A stretch of 64,000 bases of DNA from Gammaproteobacteria bacterium (GTDB lineage Bacteria > Pseudomonadota > Gammaproteobacteria > Steroidobacterales > Rariloculaceae): NCBI GenBank assembly GCA_036396795.1, contig DASWKF010000103.1, forward strand, positions 4,170-68,169, read 5' to 3'. Each line of letters begins with the position of its first letter. Position 1 is the stretch's first letter. Under the pieces are notes generated by a model. The model was not told where the DNA came from. It was given only the letters and a program-made list of their open reading frames with translations, and made no database searches. Of the stretch, positions 27,653 to 36,696 are shown piece after piece. The position numbers and the translations under genes were made by a program.

Positions 27653-29008
27653 CTACTGCGCGATCGCCTCGAGCGGCTTGTTGCGGGTCTCGATCATGCG
27701 GCTCGCCGCCAGCACGCCGACCGCGCTGACGCCGGCGAACATCAGAAACACCGCCGCGATGCCCTGCACGCCGACCAAAAGACCGACGATCGCGGGGGCA
27801 ACCGCCGAGGCGAGCCTGAGCCAGGAGGTCGCAAGCCCCGTCGCGATCGCGCGCATCCGTGTCGGATAGATCTCGGGCGTATAAAGATAGAGCACGGCGT
27901 TGGTGGAGCCGATGACGCCGTAAGCCAAGGTGCCCATGACCATCACAGCGACGACGTTGGCGGCACCGAACAATCCGAGCATGGCCAGCAAACCGCCGCC
28001 GAGCAGGAACGATGCCGTGACCCAGGTGCGCCTGCCGATACGGTCGATCGTGAATGCGCACACGAGCAGCAAGATTACCTGGGCCACGTTCGTCAGCGAT
28101 GCCGCACGCAAGGAGTCCTGCAGCTCGAGCCCGTACACCGACTGATACAGCGTCGGCATCCAGTTGTTGAGGCCGTTGGCGATGAAATAGGCGCTCGCCC
28201 ACAGCACCCAGACCACGGCGGTGCGAGTGCGATACACGGGCGAGAGCACCTCCAACCAGCGGGTCTTGGCTGGAGGCGCAGTCGGCGGCTGAGGCCGGGC
28301 GGGCGCGGGTTCGACAACCGGCAGCGTGGAAGCGGCGGTGCTCGCCTCGATCGTTTCGATGATCCGCTCGGCCTCGTCGAGCCGCCCGCGCGAGATCAGC
28401 CACCGCGGCGATTCCGGCAGCCGGTAGACCAGCAAGGCCACGATCAGGCCGGGAATTGCACCGGCTAGAAACATCGCCTTCCAGCCGAGCTCCGGAACGA
28501 CGATTGCGCCGATCTGCCCCGTTGCCATGAGCCCGATCGGAAAGATCATCTCGTAGAGCAGGAAGAATCGCCCGCGGCCGCGGGCCCGCGACAGCTCGCT
28601 GATATAAGCGGCCGCCACCGGCATGTGGCCGCCGATGCCGATGCCTTGCAAGAACCGCAGCACCAGCAGCGACTCGAAGTTTCCGGCGAACACGCAGGCC
28701 AGGCTCATGATTGACATGATCGACACGGCGGCGGTGGCGCCGCGTATGCGTCCGTAGCGCTCCGCGAGACTGCTGAACAGCAGCGCGCCGAGCAGCTGGC
28801 CCAGGTAGCTCGCAGAGATCAGCACGCCGATCTGCGCCGGTGAGATCGCCCACAGGCCAATGAGCACGGGCAGCGCGAACGCAAGCGACAACGCGTCGAA
28901 GGCGTCGAAGAAGGTCGCGGTACCGATGACGATGCGCGGCTTGCGGTGCCAGCGTGTGAACGGCACGCGCTCCATGCGCTCGAGCAGCTGCTGCGGGCGC
29001 GCCGTCAC
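27653..29008 (-). CDS. MFS transporter, aromatic-acid/metabolite:H+ symporter type
   Basis: 12 TM segments, FDAFDALSLAFALPVL and GRIRGA-type loop motifs. Sits between the hydroxylase and the monooxygenase. Confidence 0.85.
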   Translation of the reverse strand: MTARPQQLLERMERVPFTRWHRKPRIVIGTATFFDAFDALSLAFALPVLIGLWAISPAQIGVLISASYLGQLLGALLFSSLAERYGRIRGATAAVSIMSIMSLACVFAGNFESLLVLRFLQGIGIGGHMPVAAAYISELSRARGRGRFFLLYEMIFPIGLMATGQIGAIVVPELGWKAMFLAGAIPGLIVALLVYRLPESPRWLISRGRLDEAERIIETIEASTAASTLPVVEPAPARPQPPTAPPAKTRWLEVLSPVYRTRTAVVWVLWASAYFIANGLNNWMPTLYQSVYGLELQDSLRAASLTNVAQVILLLVCAFTIDRIGRRTWVTASFLLGGGLLAMLGLFGAANVVAVMVMGTLAYGVIGSTNAVLYLYTPEIYPTRMRAIATGLATSWLRLASAVAPAIVGLLVGVQGIAAVFLMFAGVSAVGVLAASRMIETRNKPLEAIAQ

Positions 29009-29055
29009 TACCGGACCTCAGATCCCTGCGCGCGAAGCCGGGGCGGTCCCCGGCA

Positions 29056-30213
29056 TCAGGCGACGACATCGCTGTTTTCGGTCTCGAGCGGCGCGCTCCA
29101 GGCGTCGTAGCCGTACAGCCAGCTGGTGTCGTCGTCGCCGCCCTTCATCCAGGTGTTGGCGCTCGAGATCGCCTGGATCTTCGAAGTGCGCGGCTTGCGA
29201 TGCGCCTCATAGAGCTTGAAGGCCGCTGCGAAGTCGTCGCCGCCGAAAGCTTCGATGCAGCGCGCGAGCACGGCCGCGTCCTCGATCGCCGTCGCAGCGC
29301 CTTGCGCCATGTACGGCGTCATCGCGTGGCAAGCGTCGCCGAGCAGCGCCACGCGCCCGGCGCTCCAACGCGACAGCGGCTCGCGCTCGAGAATCGCCCA
29401 CTTGTGGCAATCCGGGCAGGCCTCGAGCACGGCGCGGACGTCGGAATGGAATCCTTCATAGGCCGCGCACAGCTCGTCGACGTCGCCTTTCGCCGACCAG
29501 GATTCCCGCGTCAGCCATCCGGCGGGCTCCGGCACGCTGGTGACGAAATAGATTTCGCTGCGATCGGACCTCACGTAGTAAATGACGATGTGCCGGTCGA
29601 TGCCCCACCATTTGGTGCGCGAGGGGCCGATGTCGCGGCCCGCGAGCCGGGATGACGAAAATACGGCACGGTATGCGATGCGGCCCTTGTGCAGCGGCTC
29701 GTCCGGGCCGACGATGATATCGCGGACGACCGAATGCGCGCCGTCTGCGCCGACGACCGCATCGGCCTGCGCGCGTGTGCCGTCTTCGAACGCAAGCTCC
29801 ACGCGGCCGTTTTTGTGATCCAGGCCGACGAGCTTTTTGTTGAGCGTCAACGAGCCTTCGGGGATCGCGCTCGTGAGCGCCGCCGTCAGGTCGGCTCGGT
29901 GCATGCATAGATACGGCGCGCCGAACAGGCTCTCGGGCATCGGCAGCTCGCGGATGATCTCGCCGCTGTCCCAGACGCGGTTCAGGTGCGAATAGGGCTT
30001 GAAGGACGTCGCCCGCAACACCTCCTCGACACCGATGCGGCGCAGCACTTTCATCGAGTTCGGCATCATCTGAATGCCGGCGCCGATGCGCGTGAAGGCC
30101 TTCGCCTGCTCGTAGATCGTGACGTCGAGGCCTGCGCGGCTCAAGGTCGCGGCGGTTGCGAGCCCCCCCATGCCGCCGCCGACGATGGCGACCGTGCGTC
30201 GCGCAAGGCTCAT
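29056..30213 (-). CDS. FAD-dependent aromatic-ring monooxygenase (6-hydroxynicotinate 3-monooxygenase NicC / salicylate hydroxylase family)
   Basis: VAIVGGGMGGLATA (GxGxxG), GADGAHSVVR, LLGDACHAMTPYMAQGAATAIEDAAVLARC and YEAHRKPRTSKIQ. The overall pattern strongly recalls Pseudomonas putida NicC as I remember it. Confidence 0.85.
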   Translation of the reverse strand: MSLARRTVAIVGGGMGGLATAATLSRAGLDVTIYEQAKAFTRIGAGIQMMPNSMKVLRRIGVEEVLRATSFKPYSHLNRVWDSGEIIRELPMPESLFGAPYLCMHRADLTAALTSAIPEGSLTLNKKLVGLDHKNGRVELAFEDGTRAQADAVVGADGAHSVVRDIIVGPDEPLHKGRIAYRAVFSSSRLAGRDIGPSRTKWWGIDRHIVIYYVRSDRSEIYFVTSVPEPAGWLTRESWSAKGDVDELCAAYEGFHSDVRAVLEACPDCHKWAILEREPLSRWSAGRVALLGDACHAMTPYMAQGAATAIEDAAVLARCIEAFGGDDFAAAFKLYEAHRKPRTSKIQAISSANTWMKGGDDDTSWLYGYDAWSAPLETENSDVVA

Positions 30214-30427
30214 GGCGCTCTACGCCCTGGGCTCGCGATTTTCCGCGCCGCCGATGCTCGTGCGGTGACTGTGATCTTGTTGCACGCTGCGGAGTGTACC
30301 CTACGGGATTGGGCGACGACATTGACGGCCGGGGGCGGCTGGCATAGGGTGAAGCGCAACAGCGGCATCGCCGTCTCGCGGCACAGCGGGCGCTCGCCAT
30401 AAGACCATCTCGCGGGGGACAGCTTCG

Positions 30428-31699
30428 ATGAACAGCAGGGCGTTGGTTGCCGTTGCAGCCTTGGTCGGGATTTTGGTCGGGTTCGTGCTAGCCGGCCGCC
30501 AGGCGGACGACGAGCCGAGCGCGTCGATGAGCTTCGCCGCGATACCGGGACAAATCGGCGATCAGGACCAAACCGGACCTTACGACGTCGTCGAGGGCTG
30601 GCCGAAGCCGCTGTCCCAGCTTCCCGGGCACGAAGACTGGACCTGGGGCGCCGTGCAGGGCATTTTCGCCGAAAGCCCGGATCGCGTGTTTCTGTTGATG
30701 CGCGGCGAGCTGCCCGAGCTCGAGCGTCCGGAGGAAGTCCCCTACCCGTCCGTGGGCCCGAGCATTTCCTTCCCGGTCTCGCAGACGCCGTTTCGCAACG
30801 CATCCGTCGGGCCGGTCACGAGCCCGGGCAACTCGGGCTCCGACGGCTGGAACGCCTGGCAAGGCACGCTGGGCATAGACGCGCGCTGGGAGCATTGCCT
30901 GATCGTCGTCGACGCCGAGGGCAACATCACCGAGGAATGGACTCAATGGGACCATCTGTTCCGGCGCCCGCATTCCGTTGCGATCAATCCCTACGACGCA
31001 GAAAAACACGTCTGGGTCGTCGACGATCGGCAGCACGCGGTTTACAAGTTCAGCAACGACGGCAGTGAGCTCGTGCAAACGCTCGGCGTGCCCGGGGAGC
31101 CCGGCACCGACGAAGCACATTTCAACCGGCCGACTTTTCTCGCCTGGCTGCCGGACAGCACGCTGTTCGTCACCGACGGTTATACGAATACGCGCGTCCT
31201 GAAGTTCGATTTCGAAGGCAACTTCCTGCTCGCCTGGGGAGAGGCGGGATCTCCGCCGAACGACACGCGTCCGGGCTATTTCAACGCCGTGCACGGCGTC
31301 GTCGTCGACCCCGATACGCGGCGCGTCTATGTGACCGACCGCGAGAACCGGCGGATTCAAGTCTTCGACGAGAACGGCCAGTTCCTGCACCAGTTTGCGA
31401 CCGGCAGTCCGTCGACGCCGCAATACATCTATCTCGGCGCGGACCGCAGCATCTGGGTCGCCGACAACGTTACCAGCAAGATCGTCAAATACGATATGGA
31501 GGGCCATTTCCTCTACTCCTGGGGCAACCAGGGACAATGGCCGGGGGCGATGTGGAACGTGCACGGCATGAGCGTCGACCAGGACGGCAACCTGTATATC
31601 GCCGAGGTCAACAACGGCCGCGCGCAAAAGTTCGCGCCCCGCGCCGGCGCGAACCCCGATTTTCTCGTCGGCTTACCCGTACGCTCCGCTTGGCAGTAA
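30428..31699 (+). CDS. Secreted PAL-like NHL beta-propeller, paralogue 2 (more divergent)
   Basis: Same architecture and C-terminus as 19168..20451 (FAAIPGQIGDQDQTGPYDVVEGWPKP..., VTDRENRRIQVFDENGQFL, GANPDFLVGLPVRSAWQ). Confidence 0.75.
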   Translation: MNSRALVAVAALVGILVGFVLAGRQADDEPSASMSFAAIPGQIGDQDQTGPYDVVEGWPKPLSQLPGHEDWTWGAVQGIFAESPDRVFLLMRGELPELERPEEVPYPSVGPSISFPVSQTPFRNASVGPVTSPGNSGSDGWNAWQGTLGIDARWEHCLIVVDAEGNITEEWTQWDHLFRRPHSVAINPYDAEKHVWVVDDRQHAVYKFSNDGSELVQTLGVPGEPGTDEAHFNRPTFLAWLPDSTLFVTDGYTNTRVLKFDFEGNFLLAWGEAGSPPNDTRPGYFNAVHGVVVDPDTRRVYVTDRENRRIQVFDENGQFLHQFATGSPSTPQYIYLGADRSIWVADNVTSKIVKYDMEGHFLYSWGNQGQWPGAMWNVHGMSVDQDGNLYIAEVNNGRAQKFAPRAGANPDFLVGLPVRSAWQ

Positions 31700-32649
31700 G
31701 ACACGCGGGGCTGATCTGTAGCACGCTGCTGGGGCTCGGCGCCGCCTGTTCCGGCGTCGAAGAAGAGTTTCCCTCCAGGCCGATCGACGTCGTGACGCAC
31801 GCATCCCCGGGCGGCGGCACGGACATCACGGCGCGCACGATGATCGTCGGCGCGCGTCGAGCGCTCGGCGTCGACATGGCGGTGCTGTTCAAGGGCGGTG
31901 GCGGCGGCGTAGTCGCGATGAACTACGTCGACGAGCGGCCGCGCGACGGCTACACGCTGATGGCGATCACGCCGACCCACCTGTTCGCCCTCGCCCGCGG
32001 TCAAGGTGCCTTACGGATCGACGACCTCATCGGCGTCGCGCGTGCTACGGAGGATCCGCTCGTGGTCACGGCGAGCGCGCGCGGGCCGGTCCGTTCGCTC
32101 GCCGATCTGGCCGCCTTGGGCCGCGAGCGGCCGATCAAATGGGGCACCGGGCTCGTCGGCGGCATCGATCACATCGCCGGCCTCGAACTCGCGCGCGCCC
32201 TCGGCACCCCGCTCAACGCCGTGCCGTTCAACGGCGGCGGCGAGGTTGCAGCGAACCTGCTCGGCGGCAATATCGACGTGGCCGCTTTGAACCTGAGCGA
32301 GGCGCTCGATGAGATCGAACGCGGCGAGTTTCGCGCGCTCGCCGTCATGGCCGAACGCAGGCTCGAGCCGATCGCCCAAGTGCCGACCACGGTCGAGCTC
32401 GGCCACCAGGTCGTCTACTCGACGGTTCGCGGCTACGTGGCGTTGCGAGGCACGCCAGAGGATCGTCTCGCCCGGCTCGAGCAGGGTCTGCTAGCCGGCA
32501 TGCGCGACCCCGCTTATCAGAATTATCTGGCCGGCGTGGGCCTGTCAGCCGACGGCGTTGCCGGGCGTGAGGTCTTCGCGGCGCAGCTACGGCAGCTCTA
32601 TGACCAGGCGCAGCGAGCGATGCTCGAGCTCGGCATGATCGAGCCCTAG
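31690..32649 (+). CDS. Orphan Bug/TctC-family substrate-binding protein (start uncertain; TTG 31690 proposed)
   Basis: Lipoprotein-like signal LICSTLLGLGAACSG, then PIDVVTHASPGGGTDITART..., parallel to tctC at 14711. The start overlaps the PAL-like stop by about 10 nt. Confidence 0.7.
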   Translation: MAVRHAGLICSTLLGLGAACSGVEEEFPSRPIDVVTHASPGGGTDITARTMIVGARRALGVDMAVLFKGGGGGVVAMNYVDERPRDGYTLMAITPTHLFALARGQGALRIDDLIGVARATEDPLVVTASARGPVRSLADLAALGRERPIKWGTGLVGGIDHIAGLELARALGTPLNAVPFNGGGEVAANLLGGNIDVAALNLSEALDEIERGEFRALAVMAERRLEPIAQVPTTVELGHQVVYSTVRGYVALRGTPEDRLARLEQGLLAGMRDPAYQNYLAGVGLSADGVAGREVFAAQLRQLYDQAQRAMLELGMIEP

Positions 32650-32723
32650 CACCGCTCTCGGCTCAATCTCCATTAAAATAATCTTTTGAATATCATTTAG
32701 ATATGAAATATATATGAAGTTAT

Positions 32724-33311
32724 TTATCGTAGGCCGGCGCTTCCGGGGCTGACGATGGGTACACCGGCCTCGTCGAAGAACGGTGAGCGACGATGGTCGC
32801 CGCGCAGACGCCAGCAGACGACCCTGGCCGCGATTTGAAACAGCACCGATAGCGGGACGCCGTCGTACGCATTGATCGCGCTTCGATCACCGGTCGCATA
32901 CCGAGCCCAGACGCCCGATTTTACCGGACCGAGCACTTCATCGAGCGATGAGCCGCTCGCGTCTATGCAGGCACGGAGCAGACCGACATAGGGAATCTGC
33001 CGCGTCGACAGCGTGTTGCCGAGCGGCGTGCGGCAGCAGCGGGCGTACCAACGCAGAGGTCCCCGCGGCGTTAGTCGCATGCACGCAAGCGCCTCCAGGC
33101 CGTCGGTGATCTCCAGTCGCGCCGGAGAAATCTGATACACCTCGGTTCCGCCGTGGGCATCGAGCACGTCGTCCGCGCGTCCGAGCGCGCGGGCGTAAGC
33201 CTGACAATCATCGCAGTAGCAAACCAGCCGATTGCCGGCGTTTCTCGAGACCCCGTGCACGACGCCTCGCAGCGACCCGCAACGACAACGTATCGGCAGA
33301 TCCGGCTTCAA
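32724..33311 (-). CDS. GFA/CENP-V-like zinc-cysteine protein (DUF6151-like)
   Basis: A TTG at 33311 overlaps the upstream stop (TTGA). CRCGSLRG...RLVCYCDDCQAYARAL...YARCCRTPLGN is a Cys pattern of GFA-type folds. The rest of track ORF 32724..33797 overlaps the upstream gene. Confidence 0.6.
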   Translation of the reverse strand: MKPDLPIRCRCGSLRGVVHGVSRNAGNRLVCYCDDCQAYARALGRADDVLDAHGGTEVYQISPARLEITDGLEALACMRLTPRGPLRWYARCCRTPLGNTLSTRQIPYVGLLRACIDASGSSLDEVLGPVKSGVWARYATGDRSAINAYDGVPLSVLFQIAARVVCWRLRGDHRRSPFFDEAGVPIVSPGSAGLR

Positions 33312-34699
33312 TAGGGCAACATCGCCGTGATGTTGCGCTTGGGCACCTGGCCGACGGGAATGCGGGTAATCTCCTCGAGCGCGCGAATGTCGACCACGGA
33401 CACGTCGTTCGAGCCCGCGTTGGCGACATATGCCGTGCTGCCGTCGGGCGTCAGCGTCACCCAATCCGGGGCGGTGCCGACGTCGACCGAGCCGAGCAAG
33501 CGCAGATCCGGCAGCGAATAGACGTAGACGGCGCTGTTGAGCCGGCTGTCGACGACCAGGGCCGAATTGTCCGCGGTCACGGCCATGCCGTGTGAGGCGT
33601 TGCCGCCCTCGAGCACCGGTTCCTTCCCCGGCGGCAGCTTCGGTAACTCGATGCGCGCCGTTTCCTCCTGCGTGGCGAAATCGACGACGGCGAAGCCGTT
33701 GAACCCGGTGAGCTGCACGAACATGCGTTTCGTGGACCCGTCGGGATTGGTCTCGAACGCCATCGGGCGCACGCCGAGCTCGAAATACTTGACCCACGCG
33801 GGCTCCTCGGTCTCCGTGTCGATCACGGTCGCGTTCTTGCCGTCGATCGACCCCGCGACGACGTAGCGTCCGTCCGGGGTCACGTAGGTGTTGTGCACCT
33901 GGCCGTCTATCGGAATGCTCTTGACGAGCGCGAGTGCCTGCGTATCGATGACGTCGACCGCACCTGGGGTCTGGCGGATGGCGACGTATACGCGCGATCC
34001 ATCGGGGCTCGCGGAGATGTTGTTGGGATGCCCGCTCAAGCGGATCTTGGTCATCACGCGCAAGGTTCTGCCGTCGACGACATCGAGCGTGGAGTCGGCT
34101 TCGTTGCTGACGTAGATGCGGCTGCCGTCCGGAGCCGCCGCGGCGCCGTGGCCGACTTCGATGCCCTCGATCTCACCGACCACGCGATTGGTCGCGGGGT
34201 CGATGATGTGGACGTTGTCGCCGGCGCTGTTGGTTTGAATGATTCGCGTCTCGAGCCCGGTCGATTGCGCGGCGCCCGCCAAGGTCTCGCCCCGAACCCA
34301 GGCAGCCATCCTTTGCCATTCGGGGTCGTCCTTCGACTTCCAGTGCTTGCCGCCGTCGTGGTGCGGATCGCCGCCGGCGCCCTCGGCGAGCGGATGGCGC
34401 AGCAGCCGGCTCGCGTCGGGATTACCCGGGATGACGTACGCCCGCACTGAGTCGAAATTCTCCCGAGCGTCCTCGTCGCTCCAGGTGGCGCTGCCGTCTG
34501 GCAACGCCTGGAGATGCATTTGCGGCCTGATGGAATGGCAGGAAACACAGCGAGAGTTGCCGTCTCGTTTGGTCGTGAAGACGGGCTGGACCTGCGCTTT
34601 GAAGTACTCGAAATCCAGCGACACCGGGCCCGACTCCTGGGCGAGAGCAGGCGGCAACACAAGCGCCAGACCCACGAGGATCAGTCTATTGAGCGACAT
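33308..34699 (-). CDS. Secreted fusion: N-terminal cytochrome-c-like (CxxCH) domain + YVTN-type beta-propeller
   Basis: Signal peptide. FEYFKAQVQPVFTTKRDGNSRCVSCHS (planctomycete-type cytochrome c domain pattern), then repeats such as RIYVSNEADSTLDVVDGRT, RVYVAIRQTPGAVDVIDTQ and TAYVANAGSNDVSVVDIRA. Confidence 0.75.
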   Translation of the reverse strand: MSLNRLILVGLALVLPPALAQESGPVSLDFEYFKAQVQPVFTTKRDGNSRCVSCHSIRPQMHLQALPDGSATWSDEDARENFDSVRAYVIPGNPDASRLLRHPLAEGAGGDPHHDGGKHWKSKDDPEWQRMAAWVRGETLAGAAQSTGLETRIIQTNSAGDNVHIIDPATNRVVGEIEGIEVGHGAAAAPDGSRIYVSNEADSTLDVVDGRTLRVMTKIRLSGHPNNISASPDGSRVYVAIRQTPGAVDVIDTQALALVKSIPIDGQVHNTYVTPDGRYVVAGSIDGKNATVIDTETEEPAWVKYFELGVRPMAFETNPDGSTKRMFVQLTGFNGFAVVDFATQEETARIELPKLPPGKEPVLEGGNASHGMAVTADNSALVVDSRLNSAVYVYSLPDLRLLGSVDVGTAPDWVTLTPDGSTAYVANAGSNDVSVVDIRALEEITRIPVGQVPKRNITAMLPY

Positions 34700-34829
34700 G
34701 CGGCTCCCCCCCTTCTTTGTATAAGCGCGCGCGACGCGTGTGTGGCATAAGCGTATACCCGGAACGTATCGATGGCCAGCGGTAAAGCGGCCAGCCGACT
34801 ATCTCGCCGAGCGGCCCAGCGGACCCCGC

Positions 34830-35348
34830 TCATTCGCTCGCGATCACCCGTACGCGCTCGTCGAACAACGCATCGACGGCTTGGGCGAAGCTGCTCGAGG
34901 GTCGCTCGGCGCACCAGCTCGAGAGCCAGGCCCACTGCGCCTCATAGTCGTCGAGATCGACGAGCGCGAGCGCTTCGGCCTCACGGGCGGCATTGCGGCC
35001 GCTCAGGTAGCCCTGCATCCAAGAGACATAGGCACGCCGGAGGTTCGGCAGATCGGCAATGTCGGCTTGCACCTGCTCGCAGCTGCGCGAGCCCGCGCCC
35101 GCGACGGCGCCGACCTGCGCCGTGGCTGGCACCGTGCCGCTGATCAGCCACGCTGCGAGCGCGAAAATCGTTGCCGAACGCGCGATGCGTCGCGTCGCAG
35201 CGCGTGTTTCCCGCTGCCTCTTGCACTTCCGTCTCGAAAGTAGGAACGTCGTTGGGCGGCCGAAAGCGATCGTCGGCCCGCGCGCGCCGAGAAGACGCGG
35301 CGCCGTCCATAGGACGGAGAGCGCGTAACCTATCCGGAGAGTCGTCAT
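34830..35348 (-). CDS. Small exported hypothetical protein (start uncertain)
   Basis: Hydrophobic signal-like segment RRIARSATIFALAAWLISGTVPATAQ preceded by a long basic N-region. The mature part holds two Cys (SCEQVQ..., WLSSWCAERP). The only in-frame ATG/GTG/TTG upstream of the signal is at 35348. Confidence 0.45.
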   Translation of the reverse strand: MTTLRIGYALSVLWTAPRLLGARGPTIAFGRPTTFLLSRRKCKRQRETRAATRRIARSATIFALAAWLISGTVPATAQVGAVAGAGSRSCEQVQADIADLPNLRRAYVSWMQGYLSGRNAAREAEALALVDLDDYEAQWAWLSSWCAERPSSSFAQAVDALFDERVRVIASE

Positions 35349-35982
35349 GCGCCGGGAAATCAGTGGTCGGTATTGCTTGCTCGTAGTCATGAGCCTGTGG
35401 CTTTCGCATAGCGCCCGGTCGCAGCCGCCTTCCGAATATTGCGAATCCGACGTTTGCTTGCGCGATCGTTTAGAGACCTTGGTTTCACTCGGTTGGGGTC
35501 GAATGACGGCTGGACAGGATTCACTGACCGACGCGCAAGCGAGCCCGTTCATCGGCCTGACGGACGGCGAATACGCGAGGCTCAAGGAACTGGGCGACGG
35601 CGAAGGCGCGGAGCGCATGCGGCTGCTCGGCAAGGTGCAAACGGCCTGCCGGCCCGGGGAATTTTCGGTCGACCTCTCCATTCCCGGGCAGGATACCGCA
35701 AACGTGACCTTCGGTACGCCGCTTGCGCGCGGCGGCGACTACCAAGGCTTCCAGGTCATCCGCATCGATCGCAGCTACCGAATCGCGGACACCAACCGAA
35801 GCACCTGGCTCCGCTGGATTCATTGGCGCTTTCCTGGCATCTCCTTGATGAGCGGCCCGCCGACCGCATTGACGAACTACGAAATCGGACCGTTCGTCGC
35901 CACTGTGGTCTTGTTGGACACGGAATTCGAGCTTGGCGAACCGGCGGAATATGCAGCGCACTCGGATTGCCTTGAGCGGTAA
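35347..35982 (+). CDS. Secreted cysteine-containing hypothetical protein, tandem paralogue A
   Basis: Signal peptide MRREISGRYCLLVVMSLWLSHSARS. No recognisable family. Colinear similarity to the next gene. Confidence 0.6.
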   Translation: MRREISGRYCLLVVMSLWLSHSARSQPPSEYCESDVCLRDRLETLVSLGWGRMTAGQDSLTDAQASPFIGLTDGEYARLKELGDGEGAERMRLLGKVQTACRPGEFSVDLSIPGQDTANVTFGTPLARGGDYQGFQVIRIDRSYRIADTNRSTWLRWIHWRFPGISLMSGPPTALTNYEIGPFVATVVLLDTEFELGEPAEYAAHSDCLER

Positions 35983-36676
35983 GCTTCGCTGGTATTGCTT
36001 GCTGGTGGGTCTCGGCGCGCTGCAACCGCAGACGGCCGAGTCGCAACGCAACGAGCCCACGGGAGATTGCGGGGCCGAGATTTGCCTGCAGACGGGCGAA
36101 TCGAATTGGCGCCTCGACCCGGCGGAGTATTGCGAAGCCGGCGTGTGCTTGCGCGACAGCCTCGAAAGCCTGGTTGGGCTCGATTGGGATCGCATCGTGA
36201 GCGGGCTGGACACTTTGACCGCCGCGGACATGAACCCATTCGTGGGGCTCGGCGATGCCGAGTACCGGCGGCTGCAGGCGCCCGACACCCCCATCGACGA
36301 GCGCGTGGCGCTGCTCGGCATGGTCGAAGCGTCTTGCCGGCCGGGTGAATTCTCGGCCAGGCTCGAGATCCCCGGCTACGATACGGTCATTGTCGCCTTT
36401 GGCGTCACGCCCGCGGGCGAGCGAGGCCGCCAGAATTTTCAGGTCACCGCGATCGATCGCACCTACAGGGGGCTCCCGGGAGGCAGCGTGAGCGCATGGA
36501 TCCGTTGGATGAGCTATCGATTTCCCGGAGTCGAGCTCATGGAGGACGGCGTGCCTACGACGTTCGCGAACTACGAGATCGGCCTCTACATCGGCCGGCT
36601 CGTGCTGCTCGATACGGAGTTTCGGCTCGGGCAGCCGGTGGACTACGAACGGTATCCGGACTGCGCTACACGCTAG
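35933..36676 (+). CDS. Secreted cysteine-containing hypothetical protein, tandem paralogue B (true start probably near 35951-35972)
   Basis: Signal-like LRWYCLLVGLGALQ. Shared blocks with paralogue A: EYCE.(G/D)VCLRD.LE.LVGL.W, ACRPGEFS, F(Q)V..IDR.YR, W.RW...RFPG..LM, NYEIG......VLLDTEF.LG.P..Y....DC. Confidence 0.6.
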   Translation: MANRRNMQRTRIALSGKLRWYCLLVGLGALQPQTAESQRNEPTGDCGAEICLQTGESNWRLDPAEYCEAGVCLRDSLESLVGLDWDRIVSGLDTLTAADMNPFVGLGDAEYRRLQAPDTPIDERVALLGMVEASCRPGEFSARLEIPGYDTVIVAFGVTPAGERGRQNFQVTAIDRTYRGLPGGSVSAWIRWMSYRFPGVELMEDGVPTTFANYEIGLYIGRLVLLDTEFRLGQPVDYERYPDCATR

Positions 36677-36696
36677 CCTGGCCTCGCACCGGCAAG

